Of a DNA stretch of 64,000 nt, positions 24,101-33,576 are shown piece after piece. Made by a program: the position numbers and the translations under genes. Each line of letters opens with the position of its first letter. The stretch's first letter is position 1. A model generated the notes under the pieces. That model was not told where the DNA came from, searched no databases, and was given only the letters and a program-made list of their open reading frames with translations. The stretch is from an uncultured Actinomycetes bacterium (GTDB taxonomy: Bacteria > Actinomycetota > UBA4738 > HRBIN12): assembly GCA_963713185.1 (NCBI GenBank), contig CAVQKV010000001.1, positions 227,042 to 291,041 on the forward strand, given 5' to 3'.

Positions 24101-25449
24101 GTCACGGAGGTCGCGTGGTTGCGGAACTGTGTGAGGTGCGGCAGGAAGGTGAGGGGAACGGTGTCGGTGGGCCCGTTGCGGTGCTTGGACACGATCAGGT
24201 CGGCGAGCCCCTTCTTGGCCGGGTCCGAGTCATCGCGGTGGATGAACATCACCACGTCGGCGTCCTGCTCGATCGCGCCGGACTCGCGCAGGTCCGACAG
24301 CTGCGGCCGCTTGTCCTGACGGCGCTCGGGATCGCGGTTCAGCTGGGAGACGGCGATCACCGGGATCTCGAGCTCCTTGGCGAGCATCTTCAGGCCGCGG
24401 CTGATCTCGGCGATCTCCTGCTGGCGGTTGTCGACCCGCCGCGTGTGGGACATCAGCTGGAGGTAGTCGACGATGATCATGCCCAGGCCGGCGCGTCGCG
24501 CGGACAGCCTCCGCGCCTTTGCCCGGATATCGACGAGCGTGACGTTGCCCGAGTCGATGATGAACAGCGGCGCCTCATGCAGGCTGTCGGCGGCCTGGGC
24601 GATCCGCGACCAGTCCTCGGCGCCCACCCGCTTGTTGCGGATGCTGTCCCAGGGGACGCGGGCCTCACCGCAGAGCAGGCGCATCCCGATCTCCCAGCGC
24701 GACATCTCGAGCGAGAACATCGCGACCGGCAGCCCGGCGTCGACCGCAACGTTGCGGGCGACGTTGGTGACGAACGACGACTTCCCCACGCCCGGCCGTG
24801 CCGCGATCACGATCAGGTTCCCCGCCTGCATCCCCGAAAGCAGCGAATCAACGTCCCGGAAGCCCGTCGGCACGCCGGCGAACGCGGACTCGCGGTTCTG
24901 GATCCGCTCGAGGTCGGTCATCGCCTCGTCCACGAGTTCGTGCAGCGAGGCGACCTGCTCCTTCTCCCCGTGACGGGCGACCTCGTAGATGCGCTGCTCG
25001 GCCACGTCGGCGACGTGCTCCGGCTCCTCCGGCGCCGAGTAGGCCATGTCCATGATGTCGGCGGCCGCGCCGATCAACCGACGGAGCAGCGAGGTCTCGG
25101 CGACGATCCGCGCGTACGACGCGGCGGACGACGGCGTAGGGACCCGGTCGACCAGGTCCGAGATCGCCAGGTGGCCGCCCACCTCCTCGAGGGTGCCCCT
25201 GCGCTTCAGCTCCTCGACCGCGGTGATCGCGTCGACGGGGTCACCCCGCCCGTAGATCTCGCGCAGGGTGTCGAAGATCTTCGCGTTGGCGGTCCGATAG
25301 AAGTCGTTGGGGCGGACGATCTCGATGACGTCGGCGATCGCGTCGGCCGACAGCATCATCGAGCCGAGGACCGACTCCTCCGCTTCGAGGTTGTGGGGCG
25401 GTACCCGCTCCGGCCTGATCCGCCGGACGTCGTCCGCAGCCCTCACCAA
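24097..25449 (-). CDS. dnaB: replicative DNA helicase DnaB
   Basis: PPHNLEAEESVLGSMML, Walker A GARPGVGKSSF, IIVDYLQLM. Confidence 0.95.
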   Translation of the reverse strand: MVRAADDVRRIRPERVPPHNLEAEESVLGSMMLSADAIADVIEIVRPNDFYRTANAKIFDTLREIYGRGDPVDAITAVEELKRRGTLEEVGGHLAISDLVDRVPTPSSAASYARIVAETSLLRRLIGAAADIMDMAYSAPEEPEHVADVAEQRIYEVARHGEKEQVASLHELVDEAMTDLERIQNRESAFAGVPTGFRDVDSLLSGMQAGNLIVIAARPGVGKSSFVTNVARNVAVDAGLPVAMFSLEMSRWEIGMRLLCGEARVPWDSIRNKRVGAEDWSRIAQAADSLHEAPLFIIDSGNVTLVDIRAKARRLSARRAGLGMIIVDYLQLMSHTRRVDNRQQEIAEISRGLKMLAKELEIPVIAVSQLNRDPERRQDKRPQLSDLRESGAIEQDADVVMFIHRDDSDPAKKGLADLIVSKHRNGPTDTVPLTFLPHLTQFRNHATSVT

Positions 25450-25909
25450 GCCCGCTCCCCCCCCGACCGACGGTGCAACCGGCGGGCAACGCTAGCCCCG
25501 CGGAGCCCCCGCTCCCAGCGGAAAACCCGTGGGGAAACCCGATCCCCAGGTCGTGCCTGAAGATTCCTTGTCACTGTGCCTCCCACCTGCGCTTCCACAG
25601 GGGGAAAACCCTGTGGATAGGTGTGTATCGCGCGCCGCCGACACCCGGATCACACCGATGTGATTCTCCTCCGATGACCGTAGGCCGTCTAGGGGGCTGA
25701 GATCGGGGATCGAGACGGGATGCTCGGCCCTCGCCGGGTCCGCGCTCTCGGCCGTCGTCGGCCTTCGGCTCCGCTCGCCACCCTTTCGGCTCCGGGGTCC
25801 TGGCCCCGCGAAGGGATCCACGGACCAGGCGAGCGCGAGCATCGGCGCTACGCTCCCGAGCCGAACCGAGATGTCACGCGTCGACCGCACGCCACATCCG
25901 TGAGGGCCC

Positions 25910-26590
25910 ATGGCAGATGAAGGGTCGGCGTCGGGAAGGGCACGCCCGCCGCCATCCAGGGCGCAGTGGGTCCTGGCGAGCGCTCTCGGTCTCGCGATCT
26001 CGGGCGCGCTCGCCGGCTCGCTCGCCCCGAACGGCGGCGAGCTCGGCCTCACGCCGGCCCCCTCCGTGGCGGAGGGGATCTCCAACTACGCGCTCCCCGC
26101 CGCGGCGGCGTTCGCCGTATGGGGTGCCGGCCTGGGCGTGGCCCAGTGGGCGGTCCTCCGTGGCCGCCTCCGCAGTGCTGCATGGTGGGCGCCCGCGACG
26201 ATCGTGGGATGGGGCCTCGCGGGAGCGACGATCGGAACGATGACGGGCGGGCTCGGCGGAGAGCTCAGCACGGGTGGTGCCTACGACGCGGGTGGCCTCG
26301 GCGTCTCCGTGTCGGTCCTCATCAGCATCCTGGCCCTCGGTCTGATCCCACCCACGTCTCAATGGTTGATCCTGCGCCCGGACGCACCGACCTGGGGATC
26401 GTTCTCGATCCGGTTCGTCATCGGGCTGGCCATCGGAGGCATGTCGGGGTGGGTGGCGGCGACCGCCATCGGCTTGACGCTCCCCTCCGGGCCGGCGTGG
26501 ATCACGGTGGGGGCCATGGTCGGAGCGGTGACCGGGGCGACGACGGCGCGACCCGTCCTTCATTCCGTCGCCGCATCCGTCGCGGGGTAG
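25910..26590 (+). CDS. hypothetical Gly/Ala-rich polytopic membrane protein
   Basis: 226 aa with several predicted TM helices. The assignment rests on coding-like composition only. Confidence 0.45.
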   Translation: MADEGSASGRARPPPSRAQWVLASALGLAISGALAGSLAPNGGELGLTPAPSVAEGISNYALPAAAAFAVWGAGLGVAQWAVLRGRLRSAAWWAPATIVGWGLAGATIGTMTGGLGGELSTGGAYDAGGLGVSVSVLISILALGLIPPTSQWLILRPDAPTWGSFSIRFVIGLAIGGMSGWVAATAIGLTLPSGPAWITVGAMVGAVTGATTARPVLHSVAASVAG

Positions 26591-26762
26591 GCGTCGAACA
26601 CCGACATCCGCGCGGCGGGCGGGAGGGGCTCGGCCCGGGCGTCGTCGAGCGGAGCCGAAGCCCATCGAACGTCCTGAAGCAGGGACTCTGCGCGTAGGCG
26701 GAGACGAGCAGCCCGGACCGAACCCCGACCTCAGCGCAACCGCCGAGGTCGGGTATCCAGGC

Positions 26763-27215
26763 CTATTCCTCGGAAGGGGTCACCTCGACCGAGACGATCG
26801 GGTCGACCTCGGCGAACACGTGCACGCGCACCTCGTGCACGCCCACCGAGCGGATCGGCTCGTCCATGTTGACGTCGTGCCGGTCGACCCGAACGCCGGT
26901 CTGAGCCTCGATCGCCTCGGCGACGTCGCTCGGCGTCACGCTGCCGAACAGCCGGCCCTCCTCCCCCGCGTGCGCCGCGACGGTGATCGGCGAGGCCATC
27001 AGGCGCTGGGCGACCTGCTCGGCCTCGGCCTTGGCCGCGTCCACACGGGTCGCGTGGGCACGCTTGAGGCTCTCGACGTGCTTCACGCCGCCCTTGGTCG
27101 CCTTCACGGCCAGCCCGCGCGGCATCAGGTAGTTGCGCGCGTAGCCGTCGGCGACGTCCACGATGTCCCCGGGGACGCCGAGCTTGTCGACGGGCTTCTG
27201 CAGGATGATCTTCAT
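26763..27215 (-). CDS. rplI: 50S ribosomal protein L9
   Basis: [36 protein letters not shown]. Confidence 0.95.
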   Translation of the reverse strand: MKIILQKPVDKLGVPGDIVDVADGYARNYLMPRGLAVKATKGGVKHVESLKRAHATRVDAAKAEAEQVAQRLMASPITVAAHAGEEGRLFGSVTPSDVAEAIEAQTGVRVDRHDVNMDEPIRSVGVHEVRVHVFAEVDPIVSVEVTPSEE

Positions 27216-27484
27216 CGCGTCGAGTAGGGCAGCAGGGCCATCTCCCGCGCATTCTTGACCGCGGTCGCGACGTCGCGCTGGTGCTGGGAGCAGTTGCCCG
27301 TCACGCGGCGCGCCCGGATCTTTCCGCGCTCGGAGACGAACCGCCGCAGCGTGGCGGTGTCCTTGTAGTCGACGTATTCGATCCGGTCCTTGCAGAAGAT
27401 GCAGATCTTGCGCTTCTGCTTCTTCTGCCAGCCCTTGTCGTCCTTTTCCCTCTTCGCGGGTCGCTTCTTCGTCTTAGGGGGCAT
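27212..27484 (-). CDS. rpsR: 30S ribosomal protein S18
   Basis: Start [11 protein letters not shown] (ATG 27484). [43 protein letters not shown]. Confidence 0.93.
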   Translation of the reverse strand: MPPKTKKRPAKREKDDKGWQKKQKRKICIFCKDRIEYVDYKDTATLRRFVSERGKIRARRVTGNCSQHQRDVATAVKNAREMALLPYSTR

Positions 27485-27926
27485 CCAGCGGTGTCTCCTC
27501 TTCTGCCGTGGGAGCACCGACCGTGGCGGGCGCCCAGTCGCTCGAACCACCCGAACGACCCTGACGCTCGACCTTCGCGGTCGCCCAACGCAGGCTCGGA
27601 CCGACCTCGTCGGCCTCGATCTCGACCACCGACCGCTTGTCCCCCTCCTGGGTCTCCCAGGAGCGCATCTGCAACCGGCCGGACAGCACCACGCGCGTGC
27701 CCCGAGTGAGGCTCTCCGCGCAGTTCTCGGCCAGCGTCCGCCAGGCGTTCACCGAGAAGTATGACGTCTCGCCATCCTTCCAGTTGCCCGACTCGTCCTT
27801 GTAGCGGCGGTTGACCGCCACGCGGAACTTCACGACGGCCGCCCCGTTCGGCGTGTAGCGCAGCTCTGGGTCGTCCGTGAGGTTGCCCACGATGGTGACC
27901 TGGTTCTCGCTCGCCATCTCCATCAC
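27474..27926 (-). CDS. ssb: single-stranded DNA-binding protein
   Basis: [35 protein letters not shown]...[14 protein letters not shown]. The tail ends EEETPLDAP. Confidence 0.93.
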   Translation of the reverse strand: MMEMASENQVTIVGNLTDDPELRYTPNGAAVVKFRVAVNRRYKDESGNWKDGETSYFSVNAWRTLAENCAESLTRGTRVVLSGRLQMRSWETQEGDKRSVVEIEADEVGPSLRWATAKVERQGRSGGSSDWAPATVGAPTAEEETPLDAP

Positions 27927-27987
27927 CTTCCGTTCCGTGACCGCTCCCCGTCGGATGGCGTACCGGGGAGGGGGAAGTCGCTTCTCG

Positions 27988-28314
27988 TTACGCGGCCTCG
28001 CCGCGAACGACGATCTTGAACCGCAGGACCTCGTCGGCCAGCCGCAGCGAACGCTCGAGCTCGGTCAGGACCTCGGGATCGGCCGTGAAGTCCACCACGA
28101 CGTAGTACCCCTCGCCCTGCCGTTCGATCTCGAACGCGAGACGCCGACGGCCCCAGCGGTCGACGTTGGCCACCTGTCCGCCTGCCTCGCCGATGACGCG
28201 GCTGATGCGATCCAATGCCCCGGACACGACCGACTCGTCGGCCTCCGCGGGCAGGATGAGCATGCCTTCGTACTGCCTCAGCTCTCCACCTCCTCTGGTC
28301 TGGACGGCCCCCAC
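27988..28314 (-). CDS. rpsF: 30S ribosomal protein S6
   Basis: RQYEGMLILPAEADES...VDRWGRRRLAFEI. The real start may be downstream of the ATG at 28314, since AGAGGAGG precedes a CTG-RQYE. Confidence 0.9.
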   Translation of the reverse strand: MGAVQTRGGGELRQYEGMLILPAEADESVVSGALDRISRVIGEAGGQVANVDRWGRRRLAFEIERQGEGYYVVVDFTADPEVLTELERSLRLADEVLRFKIVVRGEAA

Positions 28315-28464
28315 AGGGGGAGCAGGATGTGTGGCCTCCAGAGTCTACCGGCTCGCTCGATCGGCCGACCCTAGCACCCGCCGGTGACAGGAAGCCGTCG
28401 GGACCCGACGGACGGGTGCCACACGCCCGTAGCGTCCGCGGACGCCGAGGACCAGCATGATGGC

Positions 28465-29919
28465 GTGAGCGGATCCCGCGCTGTGGCGGCGTTCGGGGCG
28501 CTGGCCTTGGTGCTGGCGGGATGCACCGGAACCCCGGTCGTGCACGAACGGGTTCCGGTCGTGATCGACACCGATATGGGGCAGGACGACGCCATGGCGC
28601 TGTTGTTCCTGCTCCGGGACCCGACCGTTCGGGTCGAAGCCATCACGGTGAGCGGCACCGGTCTCGCGCACTGCGACGCCGGCGTGCGGAACGTGCTCGG
28701 TCTCCTCGAGGTGGCGAACGCGCCGAACGACCTCCCGGTCGCCTGCGGCCCCGAGGAACCGCTGCCCGGCACCTCCGAGGTTGCCGGCAGGTTCCCGAAC
28801 GAGTGGCGCGCGGCGAGCGACGGCTTCTACGGCGTCGACCTCCCGAACTCGGACAGGAAGCCCGCGGAGCAACCCGGGCCTCAGCTCCTGGCGACGACGA
28901 TCGGGGCAGCCGACGAGCCAGTCCGACTGCTGACCCTCGGGCCGCTCACGAACGTGGCGCTCGCCCTTCGGGCCGAGCCCGACCTCGTCGACGACCTCGA
29001 ACGCATCGTGATCATGGGTGGGGCGGTGGACGTCCCGGGCAACGCCATCGAGAACCCCCTGGCCGAGTTCAACGTCTGGGTCGACCCCGTGGCAGCCAAG
29101 GAGGTGTTGGGTTCGGGTGCCCCGATCGACCTGGTGCCCCTCGACGCGACGAACGACGTGCCGGTCACGCCGTTCTTCGCCGACGCGCTGCGACGTCATC
29201 ACGTCACGCCGGAGGCCGGCCTCGTCCAGTCGCTGTTCGATGCGCTCTCCCTCGATGGGGGCGGCTACTTCTTCTGGGATCCGCTCGCGGCGGCGCTCAT
29301 CGTCGATCGCTCGCTCGCGACCTTCCAGGATCGCCGGATCGGCGTGCTCGAGGGCAAGCCGACGATCCAGGGCTGGACCGTGAGCGAGGGCGACGGTGCC
29401 CGGATCCACGTCGCCGCGGGAGCCGACGCGCTCGCGTTCGAGCGGACGTTCCTGAACACGCTGAACGGGGACCACGCCGTCGAGGCGACCCGCCCGGAGC
29501 CGGTCGCGAGCGCGTCCCTGTGGCCCTCGGGATGTACGTGGGACGGACCGTCCTCGCTCCCGGCCGGGCTCGCGGCCGTGAGCCTTGCAGCTGCGCCGAA
29601 CGCCGCGGGCGTGCTCGCCGTCGTGCGACTCCTCGGCGGCCACACGGTCGAGGACCTCGACAGGTGGCTGGCCGCCCTCGACTACGTCGTCCAGCGGCGG
29701 ACGCCAGCGTGGATCACCCCCGCGACGTTCTTCGATGCGACGAGCGGGACGCTCGTGGCACTGCCGCTCGAGGCGGGCCCACACGTCGTCGTGTGCGGCG
29801 ACCAGGCAGGACGGGTCGAGATCGTGGACGCGTTCGACGTCGCCGCGCTGACCGCCCGCACCTGCCGCTCGGGTAGACTCGGGGGCTGGTGCCGTGCACT
29901 CACGAAGGAGGCGCGAGCG
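28465..29919 (+). CDS. lipoprotein inosine/uridine-preferring nucleoside hydrolase with an extra C-terminal domain and no stop codon of its own
   Basis: GTG at 28465 gives SGSRAVAAFGALALVLAGC (lipobox). IUNH signature VVIDTDMGQDDAMAL. The frame runs uninterrupted into panB. Confidence 0.7.
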
Positions 29920-30705
29920 ATGACGGTGACGATCCGCGACCTGCAGGCGTGGAAGGCCGAGGGCACGCGGTTCCCGATGCTCACGGCCTACGACTTCCCC
30001 ACCGCGAAGATCTTCGACGAGGCCGGGATCCCTGTGCTGCTCGTCGGCGACTCGGTGGGCAACAACGTCTTGGGCTACCAGAACACGCTGCCCGTCACGA
30101 TGGAGGAGATGCTGCACCACACGCGCGCGGTGGCGCGCGGGGTCACGAACGCCCTGGTCGTGGGCGACATGCCGTTCCTGTCCTACCAGGTCAGCGTCGA
30201 AGAGGGCATCCGCAACGCCGGCCGGTTCCTGAAGGAGGGCGGCGCGGGCGCCGTCAAGATCGAGGGGGGCCAGGTCGAGCTCGTGCACAAGCTGGTCGAG
30301 CTCGGGATCCCCGTGATGGCCCACGTCGGCCTCACGCCGCAGTCGGTCCACGCGATGGGCGGCTATCGCGTCCAAGGGCGCGGCGAGGAGGCGGCGCGGG
30401 TCACCGATCAGGCGCTCGCGCTCGAGAAGGCGGGCGCGTTCGCGATCGTGCTCGAGGCCATGCCGTCGGAGCTCGGCGCCGAGCTCACCCGGACGCTGCA
30501 TATCCCGACGATCGGCATCGGAGCCGGCCCGGAGACGGACGCGCAGGTGCTCGTCTCGAACGACCTGCTCGGACTGTCCGAGCGCGTGCCGAAGTTCGCG
30601 CGCGCCTACGTGAACCTGCGCGGCGAGATCGCGAAGGCCGCAACCGCGTTCGCCGCCGACGTCGCCGCTGGGAAGTTCCCGGACGAGGACCACTCCTACA
30701 CGTAA
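29920..30705 (+). CDS. panB: 3-methyl-2-oxobutanoate hydroxymethyltransferase
   Basis: ATG at 29920 with GAAGGAGG 8 nt upstream. MLTAYDFPTAKIFDEAGIPVLLVGDSVGNNVLGY...AVKIEGG. Confidence 0.93.
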   Translation: MTVTIRDLQAWKAEGTRFPMLTAYDFPTAKIFDEAGIPVLLVGDSVGNNVLGYQNTLPVTMEEMLHHTRAVARGVTNALVVGDMPFLSYQVSVEEGIRNAGRFLKEGGAGAVKIEGGQVELVHKLVELGIPVMAHVGLTPQSVHAMGGYRVQGRGEEAARVTDQALALEKAGAFAIVLEAMPSELGAELTRTLHIPTIGIGAGPETDAQVLVSNDLLGLSERVPKFARAYVNLRGEIAKAATAFAADVAAGKFPDEDHSYT

Positions 30706-30762
30706 CAGAGCGGACTCCGGCGCAGGTGACCGGTCACCCGCACCTCTTGAACCCCGATCCGA

Positions 30763-31356
30763 TCAGCCGACCCGGTGCAGGAAGGCGAGCGTGCGTTCCT
30801 TGAGCAGCCCGGCCGCCTGCTCCTCGTAGTCGTCCAGGCTCGGGTCGGCGAACAGATGCCCCGAACCCGGGTAGAGGAACAGCTCCGCGTCGTCGACCTC
30901 CGCGACCAGCGCCTCGGCCGCGGGCCGATCCTCCTCCCCCCAAGGGTCGGCATCCATCATGTGGATCTGGAGCGGGACACCCTCGGGCCACGGGCCCCCG
31001 AACTCGGACGTCGGGACGCACGAGTGGAACAGGAGCGCCCCCCTCGCGCCGGGTCGCGTCTGCGCCAGCGACTGCGCGGGCAGGCCACCCAGGGAGAAGC
31101 CCGCGTAGACGATGTCGGCAGGCAGGTCCTCGGCGGCCACCGAACCAAGGTGGAAGATCTCCGGGAAGCCGATCCGCTTGGCGTGGGCGACCCCCTCGTC
31201 GAGGTCGCCGAACGTCTCGCCGTCGTAGAGGTCCGGTGCGTGGACCGTATGGCCGGCCTGCCGCAGCTCGTCGGCGAAGCCGAGGAATCCGGGCGTCTGC
31301 CCTTGCGCATGATGGAACAGGAGCACCGTGGTCATCGCGGAGACCGTACCCGCCAT
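30763..31356 (-). CDS. dienelactone hydrolase family protein
   Basis: 197 aa with the nucleophile elbow GFSLGG and FLYPGSGHLF. Confidence 0.8.
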   Translation of the reverse strand: MAGTVSAMTTVLLFHHAQGQTPGFLGFADELRQAGHTVHAPDLYDGETFGDLDEGVAHAKRIGFPEIFHLGSVAAEDLPADIVYAGFSLGGLPAQSLAQTRPGARGALLFHSCVPTSEFGGPWPEGVPLQIHMMDADPWGEEDRPAAEALVAEVDDAELFLYPGSGHLFADPSLDDYEEQAAGLLKERTLAFLHRVG

Positions 31357-31538
31357 CGGTCACGGGAAACCGACCCCTCGGCGGAGGGGCGGCACCGGTC
31401 GCTCCCTCGGCCCGACCTCGGCGAGCGGGCCCGTTCGATGGCGCCGAGCAACGGCTGAGCCTGCTCCCCAACCCCTCGAGTCTCGCCCGCGTCACGTCCC
31501 GGGCTGATCGGCGCGTGTGCGGGTACGGTAGGTCTCCA

Positions 31539-32525
31539 GTGAGGGCCGCCGTTCACACCAGGTACGGTCCGCCGGACGTGGTTCGGATCGCCGAGGTTGC
31601 CCGGCCGGCGGTCGGGGGTCGCGACGTGCTCGTCAGGGTTCACGCCTCGACGGTGAACCGGACGGACTGCGGCTTCCGGGCGGCCAGGCCCTTCATCGTT
31701 CGATTCTTCGGCGGGCTCACCAAGCCGAAGGTGACCATCTGGGGGAGCGAGTTCGCGGGAGTGGTCGAGGCCGTCGGCAAGAGGGTCACGTCCTTCGAGG
31801 TCGGCGACGACGTGTTCGGATTCAGCGAGGATCGGTTCGGTGCTCACGCCGAGTACCTGACGATCCCCGAAGACGGGCCGCTCGCGACGATGCCGGCGAA
31901 CGTGAGCTACGGGCAGGTGGCTCCTAGCACCGAGGGCTCGCACTACGCCCTCTCGTACATCACGAAGGCGAAGATCGGGAGCGGGCACGACGTGCTCGTC
32001 AACGGCGCCACGGGAGGGATCGGCTCGGCGGCGGTCCAGATCCTGAAGCATCTGGGCGCGACCGTCACGGCGGTCTGCGATGGCGCGCACGTCGACCTGG
32101 TGCGCGGGCTCGGCGCCGACCGTGTCATCGACCGAACGGCCGACGACTTCACGAGGGATGCGCAGACCTACGACGTGGTCTTCGATGCCGTCGGCAAGAG
32201 CTCGTTCGGACGGTGCAAGCGACTCCTGAAACCGGGCGGGATCTACCTCTCGTCGGACCTCGGCCCGCTCTCCCAGAACCCGATCCTTGCGCTGATCACC
32301 CCGCTCTTCGGCGGGAGGAAGGTCATGATGCCCATCCCGCCGAAGCACAGCCAGCAAGAGGTGAAGCGCTTCAAGGACTTGATCCAGGCGGGGGCGTTCA
32401 AGCCGGTCATCGATCGACGATACGGTTTGGATCAGATCGTCGAGGCTTACCGGTACGTCGAGACGGGGCAGAAGATCGGCAACGTCGTGATCGACATCGA
32501 TCCGGCGACCTCGTCGGCCCCGTAA
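31539..32525 (+). CDS. NAD(P)-dependent MDR-family oxidoreductase (quinone oxidoreductase-like)
   Basis: GTG at 31539 (VRAAVHTRYGPPDV). VNGATGGIGSAAVQILK. Confidence 0.85.
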   Translation: MRAAVHTRYGPPDVVRIAEVARPAVGGRDVLVRVHASTVNRTDCGFRAARPFIVRFFGGLTKPKVTIWGSEFAGVVEAVGKRVTSFEVGDDVFGFSEDRFGAHAEYLTIPEDGPLATMPANVSYGQVAPSTEGSHYALSYITKAKIGSGHDVLVNGATGGIGSAAVQILKHLGATVTAVCDGAHVDLVRGLGADRVIDRTADDFTRDAQTYDVVFDAVGKSSFGRCKRLLKPGGIYLSSDLGPLSQNPILALITPLFGGRKVMMPIPPKHSQQEVKRFKDLIQAGAFKPVIDRRYGLDQIVEAYRYVETGQKIGNVVIDIDPATSSAP

Positions 32526-32659
32526 CGCGGCCGAACCGGTCCCGCCGCGGAGCACGCTCCGTCGCCGTCGCGCGCACGTCCGCTGCTCGTGGGGCATCTT
32601 GCCCGCCCGAACGCCGCATGGGCCGGATGAGTCCGACGACTCCAGCGAGATGCGGGGCC

Positions 32660-33217
32660 CTACGTCGTGCGGTAGTGGAGATGAACCACACCGTTGCCGA
32701 ACCGGCGTTCGTCCAGGAGTTCGAGCTCAAGACGGACATCGTCGGGGAGGGTCCGTGTGCCGCCTCCCACCACGATCGGCGTGAGGAACATGTGGCATTC
32801 GTCGACCGAGCGGGCCGCGAGCGCCTGGCCGGCGAGCCCCGGGCCGCCGATGCTGAGATCGCGTCCGGCTGACGCCTTCATCCGCTGGATGGCATCCGGA
32901 TCGAAGTCTCGCTCGATCCGCGTCTTGACGCTGGAGACCGCATCCAAGGTCGTGGAGTACACGACCTTGTCGGCCGCCCGCCAGATCCCCGCGTAGTCCC
33001 GGATGAACGGCGGCTGACCGGCGACGGCCTCATCCGTCTCCCAGAAGGCCATCGCCTCGTACATCCGGCGCCCGTAGAGATAGGTGCCGACCCGCCGCTC
33101 GAGGCCGTTGACGTGCGTGTGCAGCTCCTCGTCCGGGGCGGCCCAATCGAAGTTGCCATCCGCGTCCGCAACGTAGCCGTCGAGCGCCGTGATCGCCGAG
33201 TAGATCAGCTTGGCCAT
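32660..33217 (-). CDS. dihydrofolate-reductase-like (RibD C-terminal domain) protein
   Basis: Start MAKLIYSAITALDGYVAD (ATG 33217, AAGGAGG upstream). GGPGLAGQAL... Confidence 0.85.
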   Translation of the reverse strand: MAKLIYSAITALDGYVADADGNFDWAAPDEELHTHVNGLERRVGTYLYGRRMYEAMAFWETDEAVAGQPPFIRDYAGIWRAADKVVYSTTLDAVSSVKTRIERDFDPDAIQRMKASAGRDLSIGGPGLAGQALAARSVDECHMFLTPIVVGGGTRTLPDDVRLELELLDERRFGNGVVHLHYRTT

Positions 33218-33563
33218 CGCGAGCCTCCTTGTCCGTCCCGAATCCATCCTCGCAACCCGCCGAGGAGAAGGAGCGGCTGCGTCGGGCCCGAGCGCTGCGA
33301 GCGTCACCCGGCGACCTGGGGGGCGGAAGAGCTAGCCAAGATGGACGGCTCGAAGTTCCGACCGCGGAACCCTCAGGCGCACCCACGCACGTGCCGAAGG
33401 TACAGGGACGGCACGAACGGGCGAACGCCCACGAGGCGTTCCCCACCGGCGAAGCCTCATCCAGGTTCTGCCGGGCGTGATGGCGGGGCCGCCTCCCCCT
33501 CGGCGGCCCCGCCGCCTTTCCCGGCCCCGTGATGCGCGAAGGCGGCTCCGCCGTCACGCCGGT

Positions 33564-33569
33564 GATAAT
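33564..33569 (+). promoter_or_regulatory. candidate -10 box (GATAAT) 7 nt before the start codon of the first GT-C gene
   Basis: The string GATAATCAsCCGGrTGCC is conserved in front of both paralogs. No Shine-Dalgarno sequence fits in the gap. Confidence 0.35.
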
Positions 33570-33576
33570 CAGCCGG

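Noticed and set aside
25590-25625. A possible replication origin, because of DnaA-box-like sequences.
   Set aside because: There are only two imperfect boxes forming one hairpin, no AT-rich unwinding element, no dnaA/dnaN nearby and no box cluster.
25492-26085. 197-aa minus-strand ORF upstream of dnaB, and the idea that dnaB starts further upstream.
   Set aside because: Its composition is not coding-like. The DnaB N-terminus (PPHNLEAEESVLG) sits right after the ATG at 25449, and the ORF overlaps the better plus-strand membrane-protein gene.
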